In this document: positions 31,968 through 45,122 of the stretch, one piece after another
Layout: every line of letters starts with the position of its first letter
Position numbering within the stretch: position 1 is the stretch's first letter
Assembly (NCBI GenBank): GCA_040767105.1
Contig: JAXGPE010000005.1
Span: 3,855 to 67,854, forward strand
DNA: 64,000 nucleotides
Source: Peptococcaceae bacterium
GTDB taxonomy: Bacteria; Bacillota; Peptococcia; DRI-13; PHAD01
Direction: 5' to 3'
The notes under the pieces: model-generated
The model's database searches: none
Told to the model about the DNA's origin: nothing
Seen by the model: only the letters and a program-made list of their open reading frames with translations
Position numbers and translations under genes: made by a program

Positions 31968-32751
31968 ATGAAATCCTTACTGGAAAAAACCAGAACTGTC
32001 AATAAATTGCTGCAAAAATCAGCCGGACATCCTGTTGAATTCACTGAAATGGCAAAAGTACTTTGTGATTTGATCGACGCTAATGTATATATTGTCGGAA
32101 AAAGAGGAAGAATTCTTGGCTATGCATTTATGGACGGATTTCAGTGTAATGTAATGGAGGATATTATAAACATTTCAGAGAGGTTCCCGGAGTCCTATAA
32201 CAATGGATTGATGCAGATCAACCAAACAGATTCAAATATTAGAAAAACAAAACAATGATTGCATATTTATAAAAGGCTCAAATAAAACCTGCCCATTTGG
32301 AGGAAAGATCCAGACTGATTGTTCCAATTTTAGGAGGGGCGAAAGACAAGGAACGCTTGTTTTGGCCAAATATAACGTAGATTTCGAATATGAAGATTTG
32401 ATCCTTGCTGAATACGGCGCTACAGTTGTGGGTATGGAAATCTTAACGTTCAAAGGCTGAACGTATAGAAGAAGAGACTAGAAATAAGGCTGCTGTTCAG
32501 ATAGCCATTGGGACGCTTTCATATTCTGAACTTGAGGCAATCGAACATATATTCGGAGAGCTTGGTGGAAAAGAGGATTGCTGGTAGCAAAAATAGCGGA
32601 TAGAGTTGGAATAACCCGTTCGGTTATTGTTAATGCTTTGAGAAAATTTGAAAGTGCAGGAGTTATAGAATCAAAATCTCTAGGGATGAAAGGTACATAT
32701 ATAAGGATATTGAATGATACTCTTTTGGATGAGCTTAATAAAAGGCACTAA
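31968..32751 (+). CDS. codY: GTP-sensing transcriptional pleiotropic repressor CodY; frame interrupted about 5 times in this sequence
   Basis: The N-terminal ORF 31968..32258 ([20 protein letters not shown]...) continues in other frames as ...[14 protein letters not shown]...[17 protein letters not shown]...[12 protein letters not shown]...[36 protein letters not shown]. Confidence 0.85.
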
Positions 32752-32944
32752 ATCATTGGATTAATAGAGCTCAAAAGTTAAATATTCATATCTTGATTTT
32801 ATATGAAACTGATTAATTATATATTAATAAGCAGAATCTAATCGGAGTAAAATAAATATATACTGTTCATTAATGATATGATATAATACCTTTCAGTGTA
32901 TTACACACGCCTACGGATTCATTATCGGTGCCCCAAAAGGGTGA

Positions 32945-33803
<859 letters not shown>

Positions 33804-33820
33804 ATAATTATCGCTATCTG

Positions 33821-33870
33821 AGCGGGGGACTTGGGGAGGATAAATTACTGACCCCGCTTTGTTCTTGGTT
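33821..33870 (+). terminator. Intergenic hairpin between rpsB and tsf (partial terminator/attenuator candidate)
   Basis: agcgggg (33821-33827) pairs with ccccgct (33852-33858) around a 24-nt loop. It is followed by a T-rich tract. Confidence 0.35.
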
Positions 33871-33903
33871 TAGATATAAATAATTTGGGGAGGTGTGGAT
33901 AAT

Positions 33904-34548
33904 ATGGTAACAGCCCAAATGGTTAAAGAGCTCCGCGAAAGAACTGGAGCAGGCATGATGGATTGTAAAAAAGCTTTACTTGAGAATGACGCAAACATGG
34001 AAAAGGCGATCGAATATCTTAGGGAAAAGGTTTAGCAGCTGCTGCGAAAAAGGCAGGACGTATCGCTGCAGAAGGCGTAGTTGAAGCTTACATCCACGGG
34101 CAGGGACGTATCGGTGTTCTTGCAGAAGTGAATTGCGAAACTGATTTTGTCGCAAACTCCAGAATTTCGTGAATTGGTCAAGGAAATAGCTATGCAGATC
34201 GCCGCGTCAAAACCTGAATACGTTTCAAAAGAGCAGGTTCCATCCGAACTAATCATAAAGGAAAAAGAAATATTTAGGCATCAGGCACTAAACGAAGGTA
34301 AACCCGAAAAAATCATTGATAAAATGGTCGAAGGAAGAGTAGAAAAGTATTATAAAGAATTATGTTTGCTTGAACAGCCTTATATAAGAGACCCTGAAAA
34401 AACGGTCAATCAACTTATTATCGAAAAAATCACAAAAATCGGCGAAAATATTCAAGTGCGTCGTTTCATCAGATTTGAAATGGGCGAAGGACTTGAGAAA
34501 AAGCAGGATAATTTTGCCGAAGAAGTAATGGCTCAAATAAATAGATAA
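33904..34548 (+). CDS. tsf: Elongation factor Ts (short form); two frame interruptions in this sequence
   Basis: ATG 33904 gives [25 protein letters not shown]. The middle segment ...[39 protein letters not shown] is in another frame, and the tail is ORF 34147..34548. Lesions lie near 34029-34030 and 34154-34156. Confidence 0.9.
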
Positions 34549-34551
34549 ATA

Positions 34552-34581
34552 AAAGAGAGAACACTTCGTGTTCTCTCTTTG
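34552..34581 (+). terminator. Terminator after tsf
   Basis: Stem gagagaacac/gtgttctctc (10 bp) with a 3-nt loop, extended by A/T pairs. Confidence 0.75.
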
Positions 34582-34663
34582 CAGATACCATTGATTTGCA
34601 TCGCGACATAAAAAGGATTTTTATAATATAGCGTAGAAATTTCAATTGGGAGGAAACTTCTTC

Positions 34664-35393
34664 ATGACCAATAAATATAAACGTGTCATAATTAAACTTA
34701 GCGGAGAGGCTCTTGCAGAAACAGAGTTATGGTTTGGAACATAGGATACTCGATTCTATTTCGCGCCAAATCAAAGAAATAGTTGATATAGGCGTTGAGA
34801 CATCCGTAGTTGTTGGAGGAGGAAATATTTGGCGGGGAGTATCCGGAAGCGCGCGCGGCATGGATCGTGCTACAGCTGATTATATGGGCATGTTGGCGAC
34901 GATTATCAACGCTTTAGCTTTGCAGGATGCTCTTGAAAGCAGAGGTGTAGTTACAAGGGTTTTATCAGCTATAGAGATGAGACAGGTTGCAGAACCATAT
35001 ATACGCAGAAGGGCGATACGCCACCTGAAAAAGGAGGGTAGGGTTGTAATTTTTGCCGCAGGCACGGGTAGCCCTTATTTTTCAACAGATACGACGGCTG
35101 CTTTAAGAGCTGCGGAGATTGAAGCTGAGGTTATTCTGATGGCAAAGAAGGTTGACGGAGTGTATGATTCTGACCCTAAAAAGAATCCCTTGGCTAAAAA
35201 ATATGATTCACTGACTTACATTGATGTTCTGAATAAAGGTTTAGGAGTTATGGATTCAACGGCTACCTCTCTGTGTATGGATAATGGTATTTCGTTGATC
35301 GTCTTCAGCATCCTGGAGGAGGGTAATATAAGGAAGGCCATATCAGGCTATAAGATAGGTACTTATGTCGGGAGGGATGACAATAATGCTTAA
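34664..35393 (+). CDS. pyrH: UMP kinase; frame interruption near 34716-34722
   Basis: ATG 34664 gives [17 protein letters not shown], which joins ORF 34713..35393 ([10 protein letters not shown]...[11 protein letters not shown]...) only after a frame change in gcagaaacag. Confidence 0.9.
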
Positions 35394-35943
35394 AGATGTT
35401 ATGCATGAAACAGAAGAAAAAATGAAAAAGTCAATAGAAATATTACGTAAAGATCTTATGACCATGCGCGCCGGCAGGGCTAATCCCTCAATACTGGATA
35501 AGCTCACAGTAGATTATTATGGTGCAATAACACCTCTAAATCAAATCGCTAATATTTCTGCACCAGAACCCAGGCTTATAACTATTCAGCCATGGGACAA
35601 AACGATAATTCCTGCGGTGGAAAAATCAATATTAAAATCTGATTTAGGACTGAATCCAAGCAGTGATGGAGCTATAATTCGTATCATAATTCCTCAGTTG
35701 ACCCAAGAAAGAAGAATGGAATTAGTTAAGACCTTGAAAAAAAAGGGTGAAGATACAAGAGTAAGCCTTAGGAATATTAGACGGGATAGCAATGAAAAAT
35801 TAAAATCCATGGAAAAAGGCAAAGAAATAACTGAAGACGAAAATAAAAAAAGTCAGGATGAAGTTCAAAAGTTGACCGACAAATATATCAAAGAAGTTGA
35901 TCATGTTCTCGAGGTTAAGGAAAATGAAATCATGGAAGTATAA
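35386..35943 (+). CDS. frr: Ribosome recycling factor
   Basis: ORF 35365..35943. ATG 35386 gives [38 protein letters not shown]. Confidence 0.93.
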   Translation: MLKDVMHETEEKMKKSIEILRKDLMTMRAGRANPSILDKLTVDYYGAITPLNQIANISAPEPRLITIQPWDKTIIPAVEKSILKSDLGLNPSSDGAIIRIIIPQLTQERRMELVKTLKKKGEDTRVSLRNIRRDSNEKLKSMEKGKEITEDENKKSQDEVQKLTDKYIKEVDHVLEVKENEIMEV

Positions 35944-36002
35944 AAATAGGAATAAAATATAATTCAAATAAATGTATTAAATTCTGAGAGCCTGTATGAA
36001 CG

Positions 36003-36024
36003 ACCCCCTGAAACGGGGGTTTTA
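36003..36024 (+). terminator. Terminator after frr
   Basis: accccc-tgaaac-gggggtttt. Confidence 0.7.
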
Positions 36025-36047
36025 ATTCATGGGAGGTAATTGAAACA

Positions 36048-36818
36048 ATGCTTTCATATCTGCATCAAAAAATATTCGCGAGAAAAAAGAGAAGATACCT
36101 AGCGCAAGATATACTTATAAATAAACTTCCGCTTCATATCGCAATAATCATGGATGGAAACGGCCGCTGGGCCAAAAAGAGGGGATTGCCTAGATTTGCC
36201 GGACATCGTGCTGGGATTGAGTCACTAAGAAGAGTTGTTAAAGAATGTATTGCTCTTGGCATAAGAAATCTAACTGTTTATGCATTTTCGACAGAAAATT
36301 GGAAGAGACCTCCTGAAGAAGTGAGTCTTCTAATGGGATTGCTTGTTGAATTTATAGATCGCGAAATTGATGAACTAGACTCAAAAGGGGTCAATATAAG
36401 ATTTATTGGTTCAAAAAATAATCTGAATACTCAAGTGTGTCGTCAAATAGAAATTGCTACGCTTAAAACTGCAAACAATAATTCTCTGTACTTGCAGATC
36501 GCCTTGAATTATGGTGGGCGTTTTGAAATAATAGAGGCTGTTAAAAGAATTGCCGAAGAGACAAAAGGAAACGTTATAACACCACAGGATATTGATGAAG
36601 AATTATTCAGTAAATACCTATATACAAGTGGTTTGCCCGATCCTGACATAATAATTAGATCTTCCGGAGAACTACGACTGAGCAATTTTCTTTTATGGCA
36701 ATCAGCATACAGCGAATTGTGGTTTTCGAATGTTTTATGGCCTGATTTTTCGGAAGAAGATCTCCGTCATGCAATATATGACTATCAAACAAGAAATAGG
36801 CGATATGGAGCTGTCTGA
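36048..36818 (+). CDS. uppS: Isoprenyl transferase (undecaprenyl diphosphate synthase)
   Basis: 256-aa ORF with HIAIIMDGNGRWA and RSSGELRLSNFLLWQ. Confidence 0.93.
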   Translation: MLSYLHQKIFARKKRRYLAQDILINKLPLHIAIIMDGNGRWAKKRGLPRFAGHRAGIESLRRVVKECIALGIRNLTVYAFSTENWKRPPEEVSLLMGLLVEFIDREIDELDSKGVNIRFIGSKNNLNTQVCRQIEIATLKTANNNSLYLQIALNYGGRFEIIEAVKRIAEETKGNVITPQDIDEELFSKYLYTSGLPDPDIIIRSSGELRLSNFLLWQSAYSELWFSNVLWPDFSEEDLRHAIYDYQTRNRRYGAV

Positions 36819-36842
36819 TATTGAAGGGAGCGCTAAACGAAG

Positions 36843-37641
36843 ATGTTGATTCGTAGGACGTTCGTCGCAATTATTGGAATACCGATATTAATATTATTTT
36901 CATATCTAGGCGGATCTTTTCTGCTTGCGTTGATAATAGTATTGAGTATTCTGGCGATACATGAATTCAAAGAGTTAATAAATCGCGCAGGATATAATGC
37001 TATTCAGCTACCTCTCTTTATAGCTGCTATTTTAGTTCCGGCAACGATCAGCTATTATTCGGTTTTTTTACCAGGCATTATATTCCTGTACTTGTTTTTT
37101 ACTGCGATTTGTTATTTGCTTAAGAATAAATCTTATTCATTCATAGACTTGGCACTTTCTTATATGGGTTTTTTATATATAGTGATAGGTTTTTCTCATT
37201 TGTTGATGTTACGTGAACTTCATCAGGGATTCTTCTGGTTAATAATGTATTTATTCATAATAAGTATGGAGTACTGACACTTTTGCATATCTTATAGGCA
37301 CAAGATTTGGCCAAAGGAAACTTGCTCCGGAAATAAGCCCTAAGAAAACTAAAGAGGGTATGCTTGCTGGCTTGTTTTGTAGTTTTATGACAGTATTAAT
37401 ATTTTTAATGATTCTGGACCTGCAAAACAGCATGTTTTTAATATTTCTTGCTCCCGTAGTATCTTTTTCCGGTCAACTAGGCGATCTTTTTGAAAGCACT
37501 ATCAAGAGATTCTCTTCTGTAAAAGATTCGGGGGCAATTATTCCGGGGCACGGAGGGGTATTGGATCGCTTCGATAGTATAATTTGGGCAGCACCCTTGA
37601 CGTACTATGCATACGTCATTTTCGAAAGGATGTTTGGTTGA
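36843..37641 (+). CDS. cdsA: Phosphatidate cytidylyltransferase; one frame interruption near 37262-37270
   Basis: ORFs 36843..37277 and 37360..37641 are collinear. The bridging segment WSTDTFAYLIGTRFGQRKLAPEISPKKTKEG reads in the second frame. The C-terminal KRFSSVKDSGAIIPGHGGVLDRFDS is the CdsA signature. Confidence 0.88.
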
Positions 37642-38740
37642 TGGATAAAGATTATGCATATTATAAATTACTTTTCTTAAGAATATTGATTGTCTTTTCG
37701 ATTTTACTGGGAGTGTATTTTTGCTTTATGTATTTTTTCCCTGCCCTAAAAAAAGTCTCGGCAATTCTTTTGGGGGTTTTTGCCATTTATATTGGCAGTT
37801 ATTGTTACAGCAGTTATCGATCCCTATGTTGATTACCTGGATGTCAAAAAAGGTTGGAAAAGGGTTTGGCTGTCGCTTTGATCCTCTTTGTCCTTTCGGC
37901 ATTTATAATATTGATCGCCATTCTTTTTGTTTCAAGATTTACTATTGAAATAACACGCCTATATACGAGCCTGCCTACATATGCAAACGCATTGAGTATT
38001 TATGCCATGCAAATAGTTGACGCAGCCAAAGATTATCTTTCGCATAATCCACTTCCAGCCGAGGCTAACGAAGCATTAAATGCTAATCTGCAAAATATTA
38101 TTAGAACCTTAACTAATTTGATAGGCTCAATTTCAAATCTTTTACTAAATCTTGTGGCAAAGCTGCCATACTTATTAACACTTATTATCGTCACAGCAGT
38201 TGCTTCATTTTTTATCAGCCGTGATAAGAAAAAATTAGCAGGCTGATTTATCGCTCTTTGCCTTCAAAATATGTTCCAACATTAAGCAGGGTGATTGGAG
38301 AAATCAATATGGCTATCCTAGGTTTCTTCAGAGCACAAATCATACTTATCAGTGTCACTGCATCCATTTCAATAATAGGCTTATATATAATTAAATCGCC
38401 ATATGCTTTATCAATAGGAATAATAGTTGGTTTATTTGATTTATTGCCTATTCTTGGCCCGGGGACTATTTTAATTCCGTGGGGGATTTATTTGATTGCC
38501 GTGCAAAAGTACACTACAGGAATTTTCATTCTGATTTTATACGCAGTGATTATCGTAGTACGTCAATCAATCGAACCAAAAATACTTTCACAGAACATAG
38601 GTCTGCACCCCTTAGCTACATTGCTTTCTTTGTATGTAGGTTTAAAGCTCATAGGTATAATAGGAGTAATAGCCGGACCATTTTTAGTAATTCTGCTTAA
38701 ATCAATATATAAGAACAGAATTGGAGAGAAAATTCAGTGA
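37641..38740 (+). CDS. AI-2E family transporter (YtvI/PerM-like integral membrane protein); about 3 frame interruptions in this sequence
   Basis: ATG 37641 overlaps the cdsA stop. Fragments in ORFs 37584..37832, 37854..38246 and 38258..38740 are collinear, and the bridging PFILAVIVTAVIDPYVDYLDVKKGWK lies in a third frame. Lesions lie near 37775, 37862 and 38245. Confidence 0.75.
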
Positions 38741-39900
38741 AAAAAAATATATCAATACTGGGCTCAACTGGATCTATTGGTCGACAAGCCTTGCAGGTGA
38801 TCGATGCCTTCCCGGAAAAATTTAAAATAATTGCATTAGCTGCCGGTGAAAATGTAAATTTATTTGCCGAACAAATTGAGAAATACAAGCCTAAATATGC
38901 AGCGATAGCAAACTCAAATGCTGAAATAAACCTTAAGAATATGATCCAATCAAAGGACACAATAATTATGAGTGGTGGATCATCTTTATTATATATTGCC
39001 GATCTTCAAGAAACTGATTTAATACTTATATCATTATCAGGGATCACTGGACTTAAACCCACAATAAGAGCCCTGCAAAACAATATTACAGTTGCTCTTG
39101 CAAACAAGGAGACACTGGTTACCGCCGGAGATTTGGTAATGCAATTAAGCCAAAAAACAGGGACAAAAATCATACCTGTGGATAGTGAGCATTCCGCAAT
39201 ATTCCAATGCCTGGATTTAAAAAATACTAAAGCCATCAACAGGCTTATTCTCACTGCTTCAGGGGGTCCATTTTTATCGATGAACAAGGAAAGTATAGCC
39301 TTGGTTAGTTCCGAGGATGCCCTTAATCATCCGAAATGGAAAATGGGCAATAAAATAACAATCGACAGCGCAGGTATGATAAATAAAGGTCTTGAAGTTA
39401 TCGAGGCTCATTGGCTTTTCAATGTGCCCTACGAAAAAATCAATGTTTTGATACATCCGCAAAGCATAGTACATTCCATGGTAGAATATCAGGACGGCTC
39501 AGTCCTTGCACAATGTGGACTGCCGGACATGAGAATACCCATACAGTATGCACTTACTTATCCTCAGCGCTTTAGTAATCCGTTCCCCAAGATAGATTTT
39601 ACTAAAATAGAGCCACTGATATTTGCTGAACCTGATAATAATAAATTTCCAGGTTTGTCACTAGCTTATGAAGCGGGAAAAGCGGGGGGCACTGCGCCAA
39701 CAGTTTACAATGCTGCAAATGAGATCGCTGTTCAGCTTTTCCTTGAGAAGCGTATTAGATTTTATGATATTCCCATGCTCATAGAAAGTGCACTAATAAA
39801 ACATCATCCATTTCCGGAATATTCGCTGGAAGATGTTCTTTTAGTAGATGAATGGGCGCGCAGGATCACTCTTGAGAAATTTAGTGCAATGTGTACATAA
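38737..39900 (+). CDS. dxr: 1-deoxy-D-xylulose 5-phosphate reductoisomerase
   Basis: 387-aa ORF with a GTG start. Has ILGSTGSIGRQAL, LANKETLV and PVDSEHSAIFQCL. Confidence 0.95.
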   Translation: MKKNISILGSTGSIGRQALQVIDAFPEKFKIIALAAGENVNLFAEQIEKYKPKYAAIANSNAEINLKNMIQSKDTIIMSGGSSLLYIADLQETDLILISLSGITGLKPTIRALQNNITVALANKETLVTAGDLVMQLSQKTGTKIIPVDSEHSAIFQCLDLKNTKAINRLILTASGGPFLSMNKESIALVSSEDALNHPKWKMGNKITIDSAGMINKGLEVIEAHWLFNVPYEKINVLIHPQSIVHSMVEYQDGSVLAQCGLPDMRIPIQYALTYPQRFSNPFPKIDFTKIEPLIFAEPDNNKFPGLSLAYEAGKAGGTAPTVYNAANEIAVQLFLEKRIRFYDIPMLIESALIKHHPFPEYSLEDVLLVDEWARRITLEKFSAMCT

Positions 39901-39918
39901 AGGACGTGACGCGATATT

Positions 39919-40971
39919 ATGCAAACTTTGATATTGTCCATTATAATATTTGGAATAATTATATTTGTTCATGAATTCGGGCATTATTCTGTAGCTAAAA
40001 TAACCGGTGTGAAAGTTGAAGAATTCGCTCTTGGTATGGGCCCGAAGCTTATTGGTAAACAATGGGGAGAAACCTATTATTCATTTAGGGTTTTTCCATT
40101 AGGCGGCTTTTGTCGTATGGCCGGAGAAAATACAGGTGAATCACTTGAGCAAAAGAATACTTCACAAGTAGATATTTCAAAAAGGTTTGATAAAAAGCCT
40201 TTGCATGTTCGCTTTGCCGTTATAGCGGCTGGATCAATAATGAATCTACTCTTAGCGGTTTTAATATTCAGTTCGGTTTTCGCAATTATAGGTATACCAT
40301 CACAGTTAAGTAACGAAATAGGTTCTGTCCTGCCTGGAACACCCGCTGAGTCTGCAGGGCTTCTTCCGGGAGATAAAATAATCAGAATAAATGGTACTGT
40401 CATCGAGGATTGGTCTGGGGTAACAGGCTATATACACAACAATCCTGGAGAGGAATTGACCATCGAACTGGAACGAGCAGAAGACAAGATGGTTTTTAAG
40501 ATTACTCCTGAGTTTAACTCAGATACACAGACCGGAATGATTGGTATAACTTCGACAAATTCCAACATGGTCAAAGTTGGAGTATTGAACAGCATCCGGT
40601 TTGGAACCCTTAAGACAGTTGAAATAATACAATTAACATTTCAAAGCATTGGACAGATGATCACCGGGAAAGTTTCTGCGGAAGGCATTTCCGGCCCGGT
40701 TGGTATAATTAAAATAATAGGTGAAACTGCAAATTATGGGTTGCTTTACGTAGCTAATCTAACAGCACTCATATCAATCAATATAGGCCTACGATACCTT
40801 TTCCCTATACCGGCATTGGATGGAAGCCGTCTGCTGTTTCTTTTTGCAGAATTAATAAGAGGGAAACCTGTACCGGCGGCAAAAGAGAATATGATCCATT
40901 TTCTCGGTTTTGTATTTCTGATGAGCATCATGCTATTTGTTACATATAAAGATATTATAAAATTATTTTAA
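39919..40971 (+). CDS. rseP: RIP metalloprotease RseP (site-2 protease)
   Basis: 350-aa ORF with the HEFGH zinc motif, a PDZ segment (LPGDKIIRINGT) and a C-terminal NLFPIPALDG-like motif. Confidence 0.92.
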   Translation: MQTLILSIIIFGIIIFVHEFGHYSVAKITGVKVEEFALGMGPKLIGKQWGETYYSFRVFPLGGFCRMAGENTGESLEQKNTSQVDISKRFDKKPLHVRFAVIAAGSIMNLLLAVLIFSSVFAIIGIPSQLSNEIGSVLPGTPAESAGLLPGDKIIRINGTVIEDWSGVTGYIHNNPGEELTIELERAEDKMVFKITPEFNSDTQTGMIGITSTNSNMVKVGVLNSIRFGTLKTVEIIQLTFQSIGQMITGKVSAEGISGPVGIIKIIGETANYGLLYVANLTALISINIGLRYLFPIPALDGSRLLFLFAELIRGKPVPAAKENMIHFLGFVFLMSIMLFVTYKDIIKLF

Positions 40972-40982
40972 AGGTGAAATAA

Positions 40983-42080
40983 ATGATAAATGATCAAATC
41001 GAAAGAAAGAAAACAAAGGAGATTTATGTAGGAAATTTAGGCATTGGTGGAAAACATCCTGTTTCCGTTCAGTCGATGACTAATACCGACACCAGAGACA
41101 TTTCTGCAACCTTGGGACAAATCAAAGAACTCTACGATGCAGGATGCGAGTTAGTGCGTGTTGCTGTACCGGACATTGAAGCTGCTGAGGCTATTGCTGA
41201 AATAAGCAAGAGATCGCCTTTACCGGTGATTGCAGACATCCATTATGATTATCGCCTTGCCATACGCTCTATCGAATCAAATGTTCATGGATTAAGAATA
41301 AACCCCGGCAACATAGGTTCACGTGCAAGGATCAAAGAAATCGTCAAGCTGGCAGAGATTTATGATTTACCGATCAGGATCGGAGTCAATTCAGGTTCGG
41401 TTGAAAAAAAGCTCTTGGACAAATACGGCGGACCAACCTCTGATGCATTGGTGGAAAGCGCAATGAACCACATTAAATACATGGAGGATTTAGGTTATTC
41501 TAAAATTAAAATATCGATAAAATCATCGAATGTGCAAATAATGTTGACTTCTTATCGTAAAATATCAAAACTAATTGAATATCCTCTGCATATTGGAGTT
41601 ACCGAAGCCGGTTTTGGTGATTCAGGGGTAATAAAATCTGCAATTGGAATCGGAACATTACTTGCTGAGGGTATCGGCGATACTATTCGTGTTTCACTTA
41701 CTGGCAACCCTGTCAATGAAATAGGTGTTGCATTGAAAATTTTGCGTGCGTTGAATTTAAGGCAACAAGCAATCAACATTATTTCTTGTCCCACTTGCGG
41801 CCGTTGCCAGATCGATTTATTCAGCCTGGCAACAAAAGTAGAAAAAATGACTGAAAATATAAACATACCTTTAACCATTGCAGTCATGGGCTGTATCGTA
41901 AATGGTCCGGGAGAAGCCAAGGAAGCAGATATTGGAATTGCCGGAGGCAAAGGAAAAGGATTGATTTTTGTTAAGGGCAAGATTGTAAATACAGTGTCTG
42001 AAGATAAGCTTTTAAATGAATTATGGACAGAGATTTTAAAAATCAAAGAAGAAAAAAAGGGGAATAAGAATGTATTTTAG
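40983..42080 (+). CDS. ispG: 4-hydroxy-3-methylbut-2-en-1-yl diphosphate synthase (flavodoxin)
   Basis: 365-aa ORF with [15 protein letters not shown] and the CPTCGRC cluster. Confidence 0.95.
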   Translation: MINDQIERKKTKEIYVGNLGIGGKHPVSVQSMTNTDTRDISATLGQIKELYDAGCELVRVAVPDIEAAEAIAEISKRSPLPVIADIHYDYRLAIRSIESNVHGLRINPGNIGSRARIKEIVKLAEIYDLPIRIGVNSGSVEKKLLDKYGGPTSDALVESAMNHIKYMEDLGYSKIKISIKSSNVQIMLTSYRKISKLIEYPLHIGVTEAGFGDSGVIKSAIGIGTLLAEGIGDTIRVSLTGNPVNEIGVALKILRALNLRQQAINIISCPTCGRCQIDLFSLATKVEKMTENINIPLTIAVMGCIVNGPGEAKEADIGIAGGKGKGLIFVKGKIVNTVSEDKLLNELWTEILKIKEEKKGNKNVF

Positions 42081-43776
42081 TAAACTATATACACCGACAT
42101 TACGTGAAGTTCCGGCTGAAGCTGAAGTAATAAGCCACAAACTCCTTGTGAGAGCAGGATATATACGCAAATCATCTTCAGGAGTTTACATGTATCTTCC
42201 TTTGGCTCAAAGAGTCCTCCAAAAAATATCCGCAATAATCCGAGAAGAAATGAATCAGGCCGGTGGTATGGAACTTATGTTACCAATCATCCAACCTTCA
42301 GAGCTTTGGTTGGAATCCGGCAGATGGAATGTTTATGGAAAAGAATTGTTCAGGCTGAATGATAGGCATAACCGAGAATTCTGCCTTGGCCCGACTCATG
42401 AAGAGATAATTACAGACTTAGTGCGAATGGATGTATCTTCATACAGACATTTGCCTTTAATGCTCTATCAAATCCAAAACAAATATCGAGACGAAAGGAG
42501 ACCGCGCTTTGGTTTGCTCCGAGGTCGTGAATTTATCATGAAGGATTTGTACTCCTTTGATCGCGATCAGGCAGGACTGGATGAAAGTTATGCAATTATG
42601 TATGAGGCGTACACAGAAATATTTACAAAATGCGGACTTGATTTCAGACCGGTAGAGGCAGATTCAGGAGCAATCGGAGGAAGTGGTTCGCATGAATTTA
42701 TGGTTATTGCTGATTCGGGTGAAGCGGCAATAGTATATTGCCCAGCATGCAATTATGCAGCAAATGTTGAAATAGCACCTTGTCTCCCCCAAAATTCAAA
42801 GAAAGATAATATTTTACCTGCTTATAAGAAAGCTACGCCAGGAATGACAACGATTGAAGAGGTTGCGAAATTTTTAAATTTACCTTCCCAAAAACTTATC
42901 AAAACTATTTTTTATCAGGCTGATGAGAAAATAATCGCTGTTTTGGTACGCGGTGATCGAACTGTAAACGATATTAAACTACAAAGGGTCCATCCTTGCG
43001 ACAATCTTGAAATGGCTTCACATGAACAGATAACATCAGTAACTGGATGTGAAGCTGGTTATGTTGGTCCGGTGGGTCTTTGCGTTAAAGATACTGAAGT
43101 TTACGCCGATTTAGAAATCAAAGATATGGTAAATGCGGTATGCGGAGCGAATGAAGAGGGATTTCACTTGCTGCAGGTAAACCCTGGAATTGATTTCAAT
43201 GTAACAAAGTATGAAGATATTAGACAAATTGAGAAGGGCGAACCATGTCCTAAATGCGGAATACCCCTTGATCTTGCAAGAGGAATAGAGGTTGGGCAAG
43301 TGTTTAAATTGGGAACAAAATATAGCGAATCTCTAAAAGCGACTTTCCTTGATGAAAAAGGGCAAGAGAATTATATTATTATGGGTTGTTATGGAATTGG
43401 GGTGAGTAGAACAATGGCTGCCGCGGTAGAGCAGAATTATGATGAAAATGGTATCATCTGGCCAGTGCAAATCGCTCCTTATCATGTGTTTATTGTTCCG
43501 GTTTCTGTTTCTGACCAAGCGATATGGACAGCGGCACTGGATATTTACAAAGAGCTTTCTTCTGCTGGAGTTGAAGTCGTAATCGATGATAGAGATGAAA
43601 GAGCAGGAGTGAAATTCAAAGATGCTGACCTGATTGGTTTTCCGATTCGAATAACAGTGGGCAAGAAATATATTGAAAGTAATCAAGTTGAAGTTAAAAA
43701 GAGAATAGAGAAGGAACATTTCAATGTATCTCGAAATAATATCCTATCAACTGTAAAAGAAATCATAGCAAGATAG
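42070..43776 (+). CDS. proS: Proline--tRNA ligase (bacterial type with editing domain)
   Basis: 568-aa ORF with [24 protein letters not shown]-like and GCYGIGVSR motifs. Confidence 0.95.
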   Translation: MYFSKLYTPTLREVPAEAEVISHKLLVRAGYIRKSSSGVYMYLPLAQRVLQKISAIIREEMNQAGGMELMLPIIQPSELWLESGRWNVYGKELFRLNDRHNREFCLGPTHEEIITDLVRMDVSSYRHLPLMLYQIQNKYRDERRPRFGLLRGREFIMKDLYSFDRDQAGLDESYAIMYEAYTEIFTKCGLDFRPVEADSGAIGGSGSHEFMVIADSGEAAIVYCPACNYAANVEIAPCLPQNSKKDNILPAYKKATPGMTTIEEVAKFLNLPSQKLIKTIFYQADEKIIAVLVRGDRTVNDIKLQRVHPCDNLEMASHEQITSVTGCEAGYVGPVGLCVKDTEVYADLEIKDMVNAVCGANEEGFHLLQVNPGIDFNVTKYEDIRQIEKGEPCPKCGIPLDLARGIEVGQVFKLGTKYSESLKATFLDEKGQENYIIMGCYGIGVSRTMAAAVEQNYDENGIIWPVQIAPYHVFIVPVSVSDQAIWTAALDIYKELSSAGVEVVIDDRDERAGVKFKDADLIGFPIRITVGKKYIESNQVEVKKRIEKEHFNVSRNNILSTVKEIIAR

Positions 43777-43792
43777 TATAGCGGAGGAAATT

Positions 43793-44425
43793 ATGACTAT
43801 TTCTGTCGTTGTTCCCGCATACAATGAAGAAAAATACATCTCAAATGTTATAGGAATATTACAAAAGATTGATTTGATCGGAGAAATAATTGTAGTCAAT
43901 GACGGGTCAACAGATGATACTGCTGAAGCAGCAAAAAAATACTCTATTAAACTGATAGAACACACTATTAATAAAGGCAAAGGTGCAGCAATGCACACAG
44001 GATTTCAAGCTTCTTCGCTTGAAGTTGTTATGTTTCTTGATGCTGATCTTATTGGTTTGAGTCCAACACATATTTTATCGTTGTCTTCCCCGGTCATCGA
44101 ATCAATGGCCGACATGACACTGGGCATATTTGACAATGGCCGCCTGCGCACAGATCTTGCTCAGGTCGTTGCTCCTTCTTTTGACAGGCCAAAGATGTAT
44201 AAGAAAAAGTTGCTTCGCCGATTTTAATCACTGGACAGAAGTTGGTTACGGGATTGAAAGTGCATTAAATAAGTTTGCCCAAAAAAATCGCTAAGAGTCA
44301 CAACCGTAGCACTTGAGGGAGTCACACACGTGATGAAAGAAGAAAAATACGGCTTGGTTCACGGATTTTCTTCGCGAATGAAAATGTATCGGGAAATAGT
44401 AAAAAATGGTCGTTCGGAGGTGTAG
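43793..44425 (+). CDS. Family-2 glycosyltransferase; frame interrupted in this sequence
   Basis: ORF 43793..44227 has VVVPAYNEEKYI, VVNDGSTDDT and FLDADL. The tail ...GYGIESALNKFAQKN...VTHVMKEEKYGLVHGFSSRMKMYREIV reads in shifted frames up to the stop at 44423-44425. Confidence 0.7.
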
Positions 44426-44428
44426 GCG

Positions 44429-45092
44429 GTGTTGAATTATGAACTGCATATGGCCCTCCGCCTGATCTTTGGCAGCGGTACTTGGCGGGTTGATAGGACT
44501 TGAACGCGAAAGCCTTAATAAAGCTGCAGGGTTCCGCACGCATACTTTGGTTTGTCTTGGATCATGCCTGATAATGATAGTTTCTATTGATATGAACACA
44601 AAATATGGTTCAGTTGCCGATCCGGCAAGACTTGCTGCCCAGGTAGTGAGCGGCATCGGATTTTGGGTGCCGGGACTATTTTGCATTCAGGATTTGGTAT
44701 TCGCGGACTGACCACAGCTGCTTCGCTTTGGGTAGTTGCTGCAGTTGGTTTATCTATTGGATCGGGATTATATCACTGCAGTTGTCACTACTGCTATTGT
44801 TTTGATCGTACTTGTATATTTTGGCGGTTTAGAAGAATATGTTAAAGTCAAACAAAAAAAGTTGAAGCGGATCGATGTAATCATTGCTGATAGGCCAGGG
44901 CAGCTTGGTAAAGTATCGTCTGCATTAGGGGAATTGGAAATACACATTCGCAAGGTTGAAATGAGCGAAGCTCTTGAAAATCAGACAATCAAGATCAGTA
45001 TCTTGTGTAATATTCCTTATAATATAAGATTGAATGATGCTTTGGATTTTATCAGACGGGTCGACGGAGTTTTCGATGTTCAGATTTGTTGA
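44429..45092 (+). CDS. MgtC/SapB family membrane protein with C-terminal ACT-like domain; about 3 frame interruptions in this sequence
   Basis: GTG 44429 follows GGAGG. The collinear pieces are AAVLGGLIGLERE...AGFRTHTLVCLGS...AQVVSGIGF, then LGAGTILHSGFGIRGLTTAASLWVVAAVGLSIGSGLY, then ORF 44736..45092. Confidence 0.75.
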
Positions 45093-45122
45093 GCATTCAA
45101 AATGTTTTCAGGAGGTAGCAAA

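Noticed and set aside
41552-42046. 164-aa minus-strand ORF. The same applies to other long antisense ORFs such as 18941..19396, 9818..10240, 8867..9274, 15273..15668 and 44291..44686.
   Set aside because: Each lies fully antisense to a well-supported conserved gene (ispG, EF-G, degV, yloV, dinG, mgtC). Their composition is low-complexity or odd, and none has an RBS. They are shadow ORFs.
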